In this document: in pieces, positions 11,397 to 22,251 of the stretch
How positions within the stretch are numbered: the first letter of the stretch is position 1
Layout: every line of letters begins with the position of its first letter
Origin: an uncultured cyanobacterium
GTDB taxonomy: Bacteria > Cyanobacteriota > Cyanobacteriia > Cyanobacteriales > CAWUOF01
Assembly (NCBI GenBank): GCA_963744145.1
Contig: CAVUSO010000001.1
Coordinates: 7,552,001-7,616,000, forward strand
Direction: 5' to 3'
Length of the DNA: 64,000 bases
The notes under the pieces: model-generated
Told to the model about the DNA's origin: nothing
The model's input: the letters and a program-made list of their open reading frames with translations, nothing else
Database searches by the model: none
Made by a program: the position numbers and the translations under genes

Positions 11397-12659
11397 TTAG
11401 GCAAAAATACCACCAAAAAAATCAACAGCTTCTTTTAATGCTTTAATAAAAACATCAATTTCTGCTCGCGTGTTATAGAAATATAAACTAGCGCGTGCGG
11501 TTGATTGTACTCCCAAGAATCGGTGTAATGGTTGTGTACAATGGTGTCCAGCTCGAATTGCTACCCCAGCTTGATCTAAAATAGTCGAAAGATCGTGAGG
11601 ATGAACATTTCCCATCGTAAAAGCAGCTAATGATGCTCTTCCATTACCAGTTTTTGTTGGTTGCGGTCCGTAGGTTTTAATTGCGGGAATCGATTGTAAC
11701 TGGTTGAATAAATAAGCAGTTAGTTCATGTTCATAAGCTGCAATATTCTCCATCCCAATACTGTTTAGATAATCGATCGCAGCACCTAATCCCACTGCTT
11801 CCGCGATCGCTGGTGTACCTGCTTCAAATTTATAGGGTAAATCAGCATAAGTAGCATGATCGAGAAAAACTTCTGCAATCATCTCTCCCCCACCTAAAAA
11901 AGGAGACATCGATCGCAATATTTTTGATTTACCATAGAGGAACCCAATCCCCGTCGGACCGCACATTTTATGACCAGATGCGACTAACCAATCACAATCG
12001 ATATCTTGAACATTTAATCGCGTATGGGGCGCACTTTGACAAGCATCAATTAAGACTTTTGCACCATAATGGTGAGCGATCGCAGTTATTTCTTTGATCG
12101 GGTTAATACAACCTAATGTATTAGAAATATGAACTACCGACACTAGCTTAGTTTGATTAGAAATCAATTTCTGGAACTGTTCTAGATCATATTCACCTGT
12201 TGCAGTTAATTCAACAAATTTTAATACTGCTCCAGTTTTTTGAGTAATTAATTGCCAAGGAATTAAATTACTATGATGTTCCATCACCGAAAGAATTATT
12301 TCATCTCCGGGTTGTAAATTAGTTAAACCCCAAGCATAAGCTACCAAATTAATAGCTTCAGTAGCATTACGGGTATAAATAATTTCCTGATGAGAATTTG
12401 CATTCACAAACCGAGCAATTTTTTCTCGCGCTCCTTCATACGCATCGGTAGCTCTTCCGCTTAAAGTATGAACTCCACGATGAACATTTGCGTTATCATG
12501 CTCATAATAATTTTTCAGAGCATCCAATACGACTAATGGTTTTTGGGAAGTAGCAGCATTATCTAAGTAAACTAAAGGATGTCCATTGATTTCTTGGTCT
12601 AAAATCGGAAAGTCAGGACGGACTTGATTAGCTAGGGTTTTTGTTTCAGTTAAAGTCAT
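11397..12659 (-). CDS. sufS: Cysteine desulfurase SufS
   Basis: [19 protein letters not shown] (PLP Lys), RAGHHC. Confidence 0.95.
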   Translation of the reverse strand: MTLTETKTLANQVRPDFPILDQEINGHPLVYLDNAATSQKPLVVLDALKNYYEHDNANVHRGVHTLSGRATDAYEGAREKIARFVNANSHQEIIYTRNATEAINLVAYAWGLTNLQPGDEIILSVMEHHSNLIPWQLITQKTGAVLKFVELTATGEYDLEQFQKLISNQTKLVSVVHISNTLGCINPIKEITAIAHHYGAKVLIDACQSAPHTRLNVQDIDCDWLVASGHKMCGPTGIGFLYGKSKILRSMSPFLGGGEMIAEVFLDHATYADLPYKFEAGTPAIAEAVGLGAAIDYLNSIGMENIAAYEHELTAYLFNQLQSIPAIKTYGPQPTKTGNGRASLAAFTMGNVHPHDLSTILDQAGVAIRAGHHCTQPLHRFLGVQSTARASLYFYNTRAEIDVFIKALKEAVDFFGGIFA

Positions 12660-12673
12660 AGGTTAACCATTAT

Positions 12674-14032
12674 TTAGCGACATATTTCTAAAATTTCTGT
12701 ATGACAAGCAACACATCGTGCTAGGACTTTTCGCAGCGATAATACGGGGATGAAGTTGATGACTTCCGCAGCAAAAGCATCCAGTAATAAGTTACTAGCA
12801 TCTACAGCACTTAAACCTCGACTTTGTAAGTAGAAAATCTCTTCCTCATCTAATTGACTGACTGTAGCACCGTGAGCGCATTTAACATTATCTGCGGTAA
12901 TTTCTAACTGGGGTTTGGTATCTACACGACCTTTTGGTGATAACAATAGGTTGTGATTTAGTTGTTTTGCGTCAGTTAGTTGGGCTGGTTTTGGTACTAA
13001 GATTTTACCATTAAATACAGCATGAGCGCGATCATTAACAATAGATTTATGCAGTTGATTAGTGATTCCGTGGGGATGATTTAGCGCGATCGTGCTGTGA
13101 GTATCCGCTAATTGATCATCACCAATAATTGTCAACCCATTCAGAATTGTTTCTGTTCCTGCACCAGTTTGAAATATTTCTAAGTTATGACGAGAAATTT
13201 TCCCTCCCAGACTAATCATATTACCAGTATAACGGCTCGAACTTGCTTGAGCGATCGCTGTTTTGCCAATATGAAAAGCTGTACTTGCATCCCGTTGAAT
13301 TCTGGTATGGTTAACTTGAGCGTTTGCTCCTACCCAAATTTCTGTCACCTGATTATTCAGATAAGAACCAGAAAATTTTGCATCTAAACAACCTTCTGCG
13401 ATCGCTGAATATTGTTCAATTAAGGTCACACTACTTCCCGCTTCTGCTACTACTAAACAACGGGGTTGATTAATAATCGGTGTTTGGTCTGTCCCAGTAA
13501 TAAATAACAAATGAATTGGTGTTTCAATTAAGCATTTTTTGGGTATCCAAACTACCGCAGCATCGGTTAAACCCGCAGTATTAAGAGCCGTAAATACTTC
13601 TTGATTTCCTGGTTGTTGTGCTAAATATTCCCTGATTTGGGGAAGATGATCACACCCTAATAAATTGCCAACAAAAATATCTGGTGGTAATCCCGATGTA
13701 GATGATAATCGAGGTGAGTAAATGCCATTTACAAATACTAAAAGACTATTTTTTGTTTCTGGCAAAATTAAATTATCAGCGCTGACATCTACTGATATTG
13801 CTGGAGCGAATTGAACCTGTAACAAAGGAGAAAGATCGGTAAAACGCCATTCTTCATCCCGTTGAGAGGGAATTGACATTTCCGTTACTAGATCCGCAGC
13901 GCGATCGCGGATTTTTTGGAGCCAATCGCGATCGCTAGCATTCTGACTAACGACCTCTAACCATGTGGTTAGATCAGTAACTCGATCTATAGAAACTGGT
14001 TTCACATCAGTGAAAGTACCCTGACTAATCAT
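12674..14032 (-). CDS. sufD: Fe-S assembly protein SufD
   Basis: EEWRFTD, DTKPQLEI..D.VKCAHGATV, FYLQSRG. Confidence 0.95.
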   Translation of the reverse strand: MISQGTFTDVKPVSIDRVTDLTTWLEVVSQNASDRDWLQKIRDRAADLVTEMSIPSQRDEEWRFTDLSPLLQVQFAPAISVDVSADNLILPETKNSLLVFVNGIYSPRLSSTSGLPPDIFVGNLLGCDHLPQIREYLAQQPGNQEVFTALNTAGLTDAAVVWIPKKCLIETPIHLLFITGTDQTPIINQPRCLVVAEAGSSVTLIEQYSAIAEGCLDAKFSGSYLNNQVTEIWVGANAQVNHTRIQRDASTAFHIGKTAIAQASSSRYTGNMISLGGKISRHNLEIFQTGAGTETILNGLTIIGDDQLADTHSTIALNHPHGITNQLHKSIVNDRAHAVFNGKILVPKPAQLTDAKQLNHNLLLSPKGRVDTKPQLEITADNVKCAHGATVSQLDEEEIFYLQSRGLSAVDASNLLLDAFAAEVINFIPVLSLRKVLARCVACHTEILEICR

Positions 14033-14821
14033 TAAACTCCCACTCCTGCTGTTTCCTGTTCAATTATCCCTTCATAACCCTCAGCTTCTAGTTCCAAAGC
14101 TAATTCCTTAGTACCGGTTTTAATAATTCGACCATTATCCATTACATGAACAAAATCCGGCACAATATAATCTAGCAAACGTTGATAGTGAGTAATCACC
14201 AGCATAGCATTTTCAGCATTAGATAACTGATTTACTCCATTAGCAACGATCTTGAGAGCATCAATATCCAAACCAGAATCAGTTTCATCTAAAATTGCCA
14301 GTTTTGGTTCGAGTAGAGCCATTTGCAAAATTTCATTGCGTTTTTTTTCTCCACCCGAAAAACCCTCATTCAGACTCCGACTTAAAAAAGCCGGGTCCAT
14401 CTTGACAATATCCAATTTTGTCTGAATTAACTCATCAAAATCAAACGCATCAAATTCACCTAATCCTTGATGTTTCCGTCGGGAATTATAAGCAATTCGT
14501 AAAAAATCCAGATTACTGACACCAGGAATTTCCAAAGGATATTGAAATGCTAGAAAAATCCCAGAATCTAGCACGTTCTTCTGGTTCTAATTCTTGGATA
14601 TTTTGTCCTTGAAAAAGTATCTCCCCACCAGTAACCGTATAAGCAGGATGACCAGCTAATACCTTAGAAAAGGTACTTTTTCCTGAACCATTTTGTCCCA
14701 TAATCGCATGAATTTCTCCAGCTTTCACTTCCAGATTCAAACCCTTCAAAATTTGGTTTTCATCGACTTCTGCTGTTAAATTCCGCACCGATAGAATCAC
14801 GTTACTGTTTTCAATAATCAT
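14032..14821 (-). CDS. sufC: Fe-S assembly ATPase SufC, split by a 1-nt insertion near 14565
   Basis: N-half GQNGSGKST...EERAR; C-half GIFLAFQYP...[10 protein letters not shown]...LDETDSGLD; removing one T restores [15 protein letters not shown]. Confidence 0.9.
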
Positions 14822-14857
14822 CTTGATGGTTGACTTTTGACTGATGGTGAAAAATGA

Positions 14858-14912
14858 CAGACTGGAAATAAGCAAATCTAGGGAAATTCAAGTAATCGTT
14901 ATTTCCAGTCTG
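14858..14912. other. 14-bp inverted repeat between sufB and sufC (possible mRNA stem-loop)
   Basis: CAGACTGGAAATAA (14858-14871) / TTATTTCCAGTCTG (14899-14912). Confidence 0.6.
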
Positions 14913-14931
14913 AAGGGGGAATGGGTAAGAA

Positions 14932-16371
14932 TTAACCCACACTTCCTTCTAATTTCAAACTTAACAACCGATCGGCTTCGACCGCAAATTCCATCGGTAG
15001 TTTATTAAAAACATCCTTGCAAAATCCGCTAATCATCATAGAGACAGCATCTTCTGATGAGATCCCCCGTTGTTGAAAATAGAATAGTTGATCTTCACCA
15101 ATTTTCGAGGTTGAAGCTTCATGTTCTACTTTTGCGGTATGGTTTTGCACTTGGATGTAGGGGAATGTATTCGCTTGAGCATTATCACCAATTAACATTG
15201 AGTCACATTGGGAATAATTGCGTGCTCCTTGAGCTTTTGGTCCCATTTTCACTAAACCGCGATAACTATTTTGGGATTTACCTGTAGAAATTCCCTTAGA
15301 AATAATCGTACTACGAGTATTTTTGCCAATATGCACCATTTTGGTGCCTGTGTCAGCTTGTTGCTTATGATTAGTCAGAGCAACTGAGTAAAATTCACCG
15401 ATCGAATTATCTCCAACCAGGACACAACTAGGATATTTCCAAGTAATCGCTGATCCGGTTTCTACTTGAGTCCAGGAAATTTTGGAATTAATCCCTTGGC
15501 AAAGTCCTCGTTTGGTGACAAAGTTATAGATACCACCTTTACCATTTTCGTCTCCAGCATACCAGTTCTGGACAGTGGAGTATTTGATTTCTGCATGATC
15601 AAGTGCGATTAGTTCAACTACCGCAGCATGGAGTTGGTTAGTATCAAACATCGGAGCGGTACAACCTTCTAGATAGGTGACCGAACTACCTGCTTCTGCC
15701 ACAATCAGAGTACGTTCAAATTGTCCAGAATCACCATTATTAATCCGGAAATAGGTGGAAAGATCCATTGGACACTTAACACCTTTAGGAATATAAACAA
15801 AGGAGCCATCACTAAATACAGCTGAATTGAGAGCAGCAAAAAAATTGTCTCCGATCGGCACTACACTACCTAAATATTTTTCGATTAAATCGGGATGTTC
15901 TTGGAGTGCTTCGGAGATCGAACAAAAAATGATCCCTTCTTGAGCGAGTTTTTCTTTAAAAGTAGTAGCAACGGAAACACTATCAAAGATTGCATCTACG
16001 GCAACATTAGAAAGTCGTTTCTGTTCAGACAAAGGTATGCCCAGTTTCTCAAAGGTTTCTAGCAAAACTGGATCTACTTCTTCCAGACTGTTTAATTTCT
16101 TTTTAGCTTGCTTGGGTGCAGAGTAGTAAACAATATCTTGGTAATTAATTGGGGGATAGGAGACGCGGGGCCAAATCGGTTCCTTCATCTTCAACCACTG
16201 TCGATAGGCTTTGAGGCGAAATTTTAGCATGAACTCTGGTTCATTCTTTTTGCTAGAGATCAGCCGAATTACGTCCTCGTTCAGCCCACGAGGAATGGTA
16301 TCCGATTCAATATTAGTGACAAAACCATATTTGTAGGGCTGATTGACTAACGTCTGGACAGTAGGGCTCAT
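14932..16371 (-). CDS. sufB: Fe-S scaffold SufB
   Basis: [32 protein letters not shown]; start taken at MSPTVQ. Confidence 0.97.
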   Translation of the reverse strand: MSPTVQTLVNQPYKYGFVTNIESDTIPRGLNEDVIRLISSKKNEPEFMLKFRLKAYRQWLKMKEPIWPRVSYPPINYQDIVYYSAPKQAKKKLNSLEEVDPVLLETFEKLGIPLSEQKRLSNVAVDAIFDSVSVATTFKEKLAQEGIIFCSISEALQEHPDLIEKYLGSVVPIGDNFFAALNSAVFSDGSFVYIPKGVKCPMDLSTYFRINNGDSGQFERTLIVAEAGSSVTYLEGCTAPMFDTNQLHAAVVELIALDHAEIKYSTVQNWYAGDENGKGGIYNFVTKRGLCQGINSKISWTQVETGSAITWKYPSCVLVGDNSIGEFYSVALTNHKQQADTGTKMVHIGKNTRSTIISKGISTGKSQNSYRGLVKMGPKAQGARNYSQCDSMLIGDNAQANTFPYIQVQNHTAKVEHEASTSKIGEDQLFYFQQRGISSEDAVSMMISGFCKDVFNKLPMEFAVEADRLLSLKLEGSVG

Positions 16372-16483
16372 AGAGTTTTCTCTCTTGTTCTCACTTGCTA
16401 GACAGATGGCAGGCTCGGTCAGGATTTCCCAATCAAACACAGGCTTAAGGTGACAGTTTACTCAACTGCGACTACAATTAAAA

Positions 16484-16538
16484 CAACTATTTTGTTGTTT
16501 AATCCGTATTTTACAATACTTTAACAACAAATGTGTTG
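16484..16538. promoter_or_regulatory. Two SufR operators (CAAC-N6-GTTG)
   Basis: CAACTATTTTGTTG 16484-16497 and CAACAAATGTGTTG 16525-16538 between divergent sufB and sufR. Confidence 0.85.
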
Positions 16539-16584
16539 TCAAAGTCAAGAATTAGTTTTTTTTCAAAAAAACCCGGAGCAGACT

Positions 16585-17238
16585 ATGGTGACCACGACTC
16601 ATGCTTCCACCAAACAGGATATATTGCAACATTTGATGAAAGAGGGTCAAGCGATCGCACAAGAGTTAGCGGAAACTTTAGATATTAGTCCCCAAGCGAT
16701 TCGACGACATCTGAAGGATTTGGAATCGGAAGGGTTGATTGAACATAAATCAGTGCAAATGGGCATGGGTCGGCCCCAGCACGTTTATCAATTGAGTAAG
16801 GAGGGACGCGATCGGTTCCCCAATCATTATGGTGATTTTGCGGTGTCCTTGTTAGATGTGTTAGCAGAAACAGTTGGTCCGGATCAGGTAAGTTCCATTT
16901 TACGCAAACAATGGGAGCGGAAAGCATTAGAATATCGTCATTTGGTGGGTGATGGTTCCTTAGCAGAGCGGGTAACAAAGTTGGTAGAAATCCGCAAAAG
17001 TGAGGGTTATATGGCAGAATGCTATGTGCTAGAGGGGGATGAGGATAGGCAAAAATTGATGCTCACGGAACATAATTGTGCGATTTCCAATGTAGCTGAG
17101 TCTTTTCCGAGTATTTGTGGGCATGAGTTAGAAATGTTTGCTGCGATTTTACCAGATTGTCAAGTCAAGCGGACCGATTGGATGATTAATGGGGAGCATC
17201 GTTGTGGTTATCTGATTCAAATTGGGGATCAAGCTTAA
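16585..17238 (+). CDS. sufR: Fe-S cluster biosynthesis regulator SufR
   Basis: HTH (ISPQAIRRHL, GMGRP) and C-X12-C-X13-C-X14-C; divergent from sufB; ATG at 16585. Confidence 0.93.
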   Translation: MVTTTHASTKQDILQHLMKEGQAIAQELAETLDISPQAIRRHLKDLESEGLIEHKSVQMGMGRPQHVYQLSKEGRDRFPNHYGDFAVSLLDVLAETVGPDQVSSILRKQWERKALEYRHLVGDGSLAERVTKLVEIRKSEGYMAECYVLEGDEDRQKLMLTEHNCAISNVAESFPSICGHELEMFAAILPDCQVKRTDWMINGEHRCGYLIQIGDQA

Positions 17239-17266
17239 TTTCATACCTGATATATAAAGATTTACT

Positions 17267-17650
17267 ATGGCTGAAGATTTACAAGCATCACATGAGTTTT
17301 TGACCCGGGAAGAGTCAGCTATAGTTGATCGAGCGTTGTTATCTGCTCGTGATAAGTTCTCGACTCGATTAGCGATTTATGCTTTGCGATCGCTCAAACA
17401 AATCTCTGGACAAACTGGGTTAGCAGTTGAGGATATTAGTAAGGAACAAGTAGCGAATTGGATTGAAAATGATCAAGGGATTCAGGGTAATTTACAGGGA
17501 GATGCTAGTTTTAAGGATTTTTTTACGAATTTGGTAACTTCTTCTTTAAAACCGTTACAGCAAGTTGCGCTTGATCAAGCTGTCGCGATCGCTGATTTAA
17601 CTGTATCCCAGGTAGTAGCGTGGTTTGAACACGATCGACGGATGCGATAA
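17267..17650 (+). CDS. Conserved hypothetical protein downstream of sufR
   Basis: 127-aa ORF, FLT.EESA.VD.ALLS..DKF.TRL pattern. Confidence 0.7.
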   Translation: MAEDLQASHEFLTREESAIVDRALLSARDKFSTRLAIYALRSLKQISGQTGLAVEDISKEQVANWIENDQGIQGNLQGDASFKDFFTNLVTSSLKPLQQVALDQAVAIADLTVSQVVAWFEHDRRMR

Positions 17651-17670
17651 TCTGTTTTAGAAACCACTAA

Positions 17671-17811
17671 GACAAATTTTTTGCTACTCCCTTAGTTCAA
17701 GAACTGATCCAACAGAACACTATTTATCTAATTACCTACGATATTGCTCAGGAGAAAATTGCTCAATGGCTACCCTTACCCAATACCGTCAACACATCCA
17801 AAATCTACTAA
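17671..17811 (+). pseudogene. xisH: C-terminal remnant of XisH
   Basis: DKFFATPLVQELIQQNTIYLITYDIAQEKIAQW, overlapping the xisI start; in-frame TAA immediately before it and no start codon. Confidence 0.65.
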
Positions 17812-18098
17812 AAGAACACGCTAGTCTTGTGTGGGATAAACGCATTCAAGCTGAAATTATCTTTGATATTGAACGAGACCACTATCAACTGATTTATGTG
17901 GGTTGGAGAGACTCTAAACGCATCTATGGTGTTGTGCTACATCTCGATATTATTGATGGAAAAATTTGGATTCAACAGGATGGTACAGAAATTGGTATTG
18001 CCAATCAATTGGTAGAACTTGGTATCCCCAAAGAAGACATTGTTCTCGCATTTGATCCGCCTAACTTGCGAAAATATACCGATTTTGCCGTCAGTTAG
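17766..18098 (+). CDS. xisI: XisI-family protein
   Basis: DHYQLIYVGW, HLDIIDGKIWIQQDGTE.GIA..LVELGIPKEDIVLAF. Confidence 0.9.
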   Translation: MATLTQYRQHIQNLLKEHASLVWDKRIQAEIIFDIERDHYQLIYVGWRDSKRIYGVVLHLDIIDGKIWIQQDGTEIGIANQLVELGIPKEDIVLAFDPPNLRKYTDFAVS

Positions 18099-18379
18099 CT
18101 ACCTTTTGCTAGCTGCACCACTAATAAGTTTAGGGATCTAGGTAACCTGATCAAGTAATTATTAAGTATGCGATTTTTGATTGTCAACGTTGTGAAAACT
18201 TTACCCATTGATTTGTCAGTAGTTGTGTACATGATAATTTATTCTCTCAGCTACTTTAGCTTAATTCTAGCAAATTTTCGAGAGATCATGCTCTTGATCG
18301 TAGCGATCGCGATTTATTCCCTAACTGTTCAGGTTTTCCATTGGGCGATCGCTAATTCACTCAGTCCTAATATATAATC

Positions 18380-19459
18380 CTAATGATTTATTTTCTCCAA
18401 TAAATGCTTACCCATCAGGTCTGCGGCTAATTTATTACCAGCAATATTCCAATGGGTATTATTAGGTTTATACAGATTTTTTTGCTGTTCTGCTTTGACA
18501 AAATCATCTAAGACATCGAGATAGTCTATATGATCTTTTTGGAATTCTGCTGCTAAGGCTTTTTCTGGTTGCGAAAAATCTAATCGATCGGGAGGAAACC
18601 CAAATTGTTTGCCAAGTTGATCAACTACCTTTGCTTGCAAAGCTTTATTAACTTGTACCTCATCCGGAAGAATCCCTACTACTAAAGCAATATGATTGTA
18701 ATCGCAAATTTCTTTAATTTTTCTTACATGAACTAATGCCTGATTAAAAGCATCTTCAAAAAATGGACTTTTGGTGACATAAATCTGACTCCGTTCTACT
18801 TCAATCTTTAAATAAGCATCATCCGTAAAACTAGGTTCATCATCTTTATAATTTGTATGACCTACTACAAAATTTCCTTTATTTTTTTGCAAAATAACAA
18901 TTATATATTTAATAAATGAAGCTAGATAAGAATAGGACTCTAAATTTCGTAGTTTTTGATTGGGTTGGACATAATTGTCCGTAAAGTCATTGCCAACAAA
19001 AAATGAGAGAAATACCATATCTGGTTTCAATGCTAAACCTTCATTCACAAAAACTGATAGATAATCTTTTGGTCCTAAATTGGGAATTCCCATGTTAATA
19101 ACTTCAACTTTTTTATGTTGTTGAGGTGGATTAAGTATGCTCTTTAACAGAGTTAAATAAGCATAGGGATAGGGAACGACAGCATAAGCAAAAGAATCAC
19201 CAATTCCGATCACTCGGTAGGTATTATCTGCCTTTTTTTCATTAAATTCTACATCTTTAAACCCTTTTGAATTCAAATGAAAATCGTAATCGGGGGCACC
19301 GCCTTTGCCCCGATAGCGATTGTAAGAGGTATCATAAAATATAAATGTCGGGTTAATGGCATTATAGATTCTAAAACTAATTTCTATTAACACCAAAGTT
19401 ATCAAAGTTATGATTACCGTTTGTTTCAAGCCACTGACGATTTTTTGGAAGTTAAACAT
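18380..19459 (-). CDS. SGNH/GDSL-like hydrolase with N-terminal membrane anchor
   Basis: GDSF, GND and THWN..GN blocks. Confidence 0.75.
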   Translation of the reverse strand: MFNFQKIVSGLKQTVIITLITLVLIEISFRIYNAINPTFIFYDTSYNRYRGKGGAPDYDFHLNSKGFKDVEFNEKKADNTYRVIGIGDSFAYAVVPYPYAYLTLLKSILNPPQQHKKVEVINMGIPNLGPKDYLSVFVNEGLALKPDMVFLSFFVGNDFTDNYVQPNQKLRNLESYSYLASFIKYIIVILQKNKGNFVVGHTNYKDDEPSFTDDAYLKIEVERSQIYVTKSPFFEDAFNQALVHVRKIKEICDYNHIALVVGILPDEVQVNKALQAKVVDQLGKQFGFPPDRLDFSQPEKALAAEFQKDHIDYLDVLDDFVKAEQQKNLYKPNNTHWNIAGNKLAADLMGKHLLEKINH

Positions 19460-19671
19460 TAAGGTGCCTATTATGGATTAAAGAACAGAACTCATGGTGA
19501 TCCTGGCCAAGTAATTTTTAGTAAAAATCTGCTGGGCTTAGGAAAGAACTGAAGTCTAAGTTTAAATTAAAACTATTGCCTACGCAACTAAGGTCGGATT
19601 CACCCATCTGGATGATCCTGCTAAAATCAAGAAATTAATAGGGATACATAGACATACTTGTCAAAATCTCC

Positions 19672-20316
19672 CTAAATTCGCTCTCTAATTAAATAAGCAC
19701 AACACCGATCGCCATTCAATATATGTTCAACTCTTGTCACCGTAACTTCTTTACCTAGAATCGCTGTAAATAGCTCTAATTCTGATTCACAGAATTGCTG
19801 ACAAGTTCGAGCCGCAGCTAAAATTGGACAATGGTTTTCGACTAAAATTAACGCTCCATCATCTTGGGCGATCGCCTCAGTCATATACCCTTCCCCATCA
19901 CGAATCTGGGCTAATCCCGCTACCCGAGTCCGCCAATCCTGGTGATGCTCTTCGGCTAATAATTTTTTGGCATAAACATTTAGCTGTCGCTGAATCCGTT
20001 CTGCTAAGACTTTTTCGATTCCAGTTGCACCAAATACAGTTTCAATTCCACGCAACAAATCAACCATCAAGTCACCGTGACTATCTGGAAATAAATGGGT
20101 AGATTGGGCCGTCAGTTGCCAGAGTTTCACCGGTCTGCCCACTGGACGTCGATCCTCTTGATAAGTAACTAATCCCTCCGAGCGTAGTGCTTGGAGATGC
20201 TGACGAATGGCCATTGGTGAGACTTGCAACTGCTGGGCTAAATTGGTGGCAGTATGGACACCTTTAGTTTTCAGCAAGTAAAGGATTTGGTTTTTCGCTT
20301 TTTGTTTGTCTTCCAT
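19672..20316 (-). CDS. SufR-like HTH regulator (paralog)
   Basis: VSPMAIRQHL, VGRP, ENHCPI..C...C, DRCCAY. Confidence 0.85.
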   Translation of the reverse strand: MEDKQKAKNQILYLLKTKGVHTATNLAQQLQVSPMAIRQHLQALRSEGLVTYQEDRRPVGRPVKLWQLTAQSTHLFPDSHGDLMVDLLRGIETVFGATGIEKVLAERIQRQLNVYAKKLLAEEHHQDWRTRVAGLAQIRDGEGYMTEAIAQDDGALILVENHCPILAAARTCQQFCESELELFTAILGKEVTVTRVEHILNGDRCCAYLIRERI

Positions 20317-20369
20317 CGCCCGGACCAATTAACCATTCCTTAACTATAGCAACCCATCTGCTTCACTGC

Positions 20370-20735
20370 TCACTTTGACATGGCCATATAACTCAACAAC
20401 CAATTGGCCATAGTTGCTCGCCGCGTCTGTCTCGGGCCAAATTCACCAATTTTGTAGCCTTTAAACCCTAGTTGTTCTTTTAATAATTGCTTATTCTCCG
20501 CCGGAATAGAACGGGTCAACTTCACAGTAGCAGGTCGGCTATCAATAAAATTTGGAGGTTCTGGATATTCATCTCTCCATATTGCCGCCACACCCTTACT
20601 ATCCCATTGATTCGTGTCACGATCATAGCGATAACCAAGGTAGTACCAGACTAACTCGTTGACGATCGCGTCTTCGATTTCTTCATTGATAATTGCCCAA
20701 ATAGTTGTAGTTGTTAGTGGTGGTAAATCAGACAT
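20370..20735 (-). CDS. DUF1823-like conserved protein
   Basis: RPATVKLTRSIP.ENKQLLKEQLGFKGYK. Confidence 0.75.
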   Translation of the reverse strand: MSDLPPLTTTTIWAIINEEIEDAIVNELVWYYLGYRYDRDTNQWDSKGVAAIWRDEYPEPPNFIDSRPATVKLTRSIPAENKQLLKEQLGFKGYKIGEFGPRQTRRATMANWLLSYMAMSK

Positions 20736-20776
20736 AATCGTTTGATTAGGTTAATTGAGATCAGGAAAAGGACTAT

Positions 20777-21367
20777 TTAATTAATCGGCGGTTGATGTAG
20801 TTTTCGATATCCACCTAAGAAAAATATCCAAACTACTAAAGTTAGCCAATGAATCACAACTGGTGGCCAAATAGAACCACTATGTAGATATATAATTGTA
20901 CAGGCAATTCCTAAAAATCCAGCTAATAATAAAAATATCGGGTTCATAAAAGTTGGACGCCCCGCGGGATAAAAAGTCAGTGCATTTAAGGGATGATAAA
21001 CTAGAAAAACAGTTAAACTCAAAATCGCCCAAGCTAATTCTTCTACTCCGGTAGGATTTTCACTCAGATGTGGTAAAAGCATCACACGAAAAAATCCTTC
21101 CTCCGCGATCGCAGTTAGTAGTAAGGTAATCGCAATAATTGGCGCTATTTTTACCCAAGAGTCGGCAAAAATCTCTCTTTGCAAAAACTGTTTTTTAGAC
21201 CCGACTAATAAGGAAATGAACATTAAGATTAATAATAATCCTAAAGTCCACCACCAGTCGGTTATACTGGGAATAGTTGTTAAACTAGCACTTAGTCTAT
21301 TGAGCATTAGCAAAGGTTTCCTAGGTCTAGTAATAATGGCTCCCGATCGCAGTTTTATGTCTACCAT
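20777..21367 (-). CDS. CPBP/CAAX-type intramembrane metalloprotease
   Basis: EE.FFR, F.VYHP, SGSIWPPVVIHW motifs. Confidence 0.8.
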   Translation of the reverse strand: MVDIKLRSGAIITRPRKPLLMLNRLSASLTTIPSITDWWWTLGLLLILMFISLLVGSKKQFLQREIFADSWVKIAPIIAITLLLTAIAEEGFFRVMLLPHLSENPTGVEELAWAILSLTVFLVYHPLNALTFYPAGRPTFMNPIFLLLAGFLGIACTIIYLHSGSIWPPVVIHWLTLVVWIFFLGGYRKLHQPPIN

Positions 21368-21662
21368 AATTTAGATCTTACCTGCTAGATTAGCCAATGC
21401 CAAATCCATCTCTACCACCAGCACAAATTCGCGCCCATATTCTCATTTCTGGAATTGTCCAAGGAGTGGTGTCTTTTTTACCAAAAAAACTTTTTCAACC
21501 AGATTAAAAACTTAAACTTGCATTTATTTTATAACTTTGTATATAATCTAGCTTAGATGAAAAGACATGAGATTCTTTAGGTCTAGCTAAGTTTTAACTA
21601 AAGGCAAGCATAAGGTCGTTAATCATTCGTCAATGTGTAAAAAATTTTAAAATACTGGGAGT

Positions 21663-22202
21663 ATGAATATGTCAGACACAAGCAATCGTGGATTTGCATC
21701 TATGGACGATAATAAACAGCGGGAAATTGCCCAAAAGGGTGGCGAAACTGTTAGTAAAGATCGGGACCACATGGCTGAAATTGGTCGCAAGGGTGGCGAA
21801 AAAGTTAGCCAAAATCGCGAACATATGGCCGAAATTGGTCGCAAGGGTGGCGAAAAAGTTAGCCAAAATCGCGAACATATGGCCGAAATTGGTCGCAAAG
21901 GTGGCGAAAAAGTTAGCCAAAATCGCGAACATATGGCCGAAATTGGTCGCAAAGGTGGCGAAAAAGTTAGCCAAAATCGCGAACATATGGCCGAAATTGG
22001 TCGCAAAGGTGGCGAGAAAGTTAGCCAAAATCGCGACCACATGGCTCAAATCGGTCGCAAAGGTGGCGAAACTGTGAGTGAAGATCGCGACCACATGGCT
22101 CAAATCGGTCGCAAAGGTGGCGAAACTGTGAGTGAAGATCGCGACCACATGGCCGAGATTGGTCGCAAAGGTGGCAAAAAAAGTAGTAAAAAAGAGCAAT
22201 AA
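21663..22202 (+). CDS. KGG-repeat hydrophilin (GsiB/LEA-like general stress protein)
   Basis: RGFASMD..KQREIA.KGG followed by eight 18-aa (54-bp) repeats ending HMA[EQ]IGRKGG. Confidence 0.9.
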   Translation: MNMSDTSNRGFASMDDNKQREIAQKGGETVSKDRDHMAEIGRKGGEKVSQNREHMAEIGRKGGEKVSQNREHMAEIGRKGGEKVSQNREHMAEIGRKGGEKVSQNREHMAEIGRKGGEKVSQNRDHMAQIGRKGGETVSEDRDHMAQIGRKGGETVSEDRDHMAEIGRKGGKKSSKKEQ

Positions 22203-22209
22203 TTGGGCT

Positions 22210-22235
22210 GAGGGGCAATTAAGGCCATGCCCCTC
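22210..22235. terminator. Hairpin between convergent genes
   Basis: GAGGGGCA...TGCCCCTC stem; no clear U tail. Confidence 0.45.
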
Positions 22236-22251
22236 GGTAACTAGATGCTAA

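Noticed and set aside
16531..16584. Longer N-termini for sufR (16531) and sufB (16440)
   Set aside because: The sufR extension starts inside a SufR operator, and the downstream ATGs match the expected protein starts
18168..18377. 69-aa hydrophobic ORF
   Set aside because: No RBS or motif; AT-rich, HIP1-containing intergenic DNA; cannot be supported
21647..22218. Several overlapping repeat ORFs on both strands
   Set aside because: By-products of the stop-free 54-bp KGG repeat
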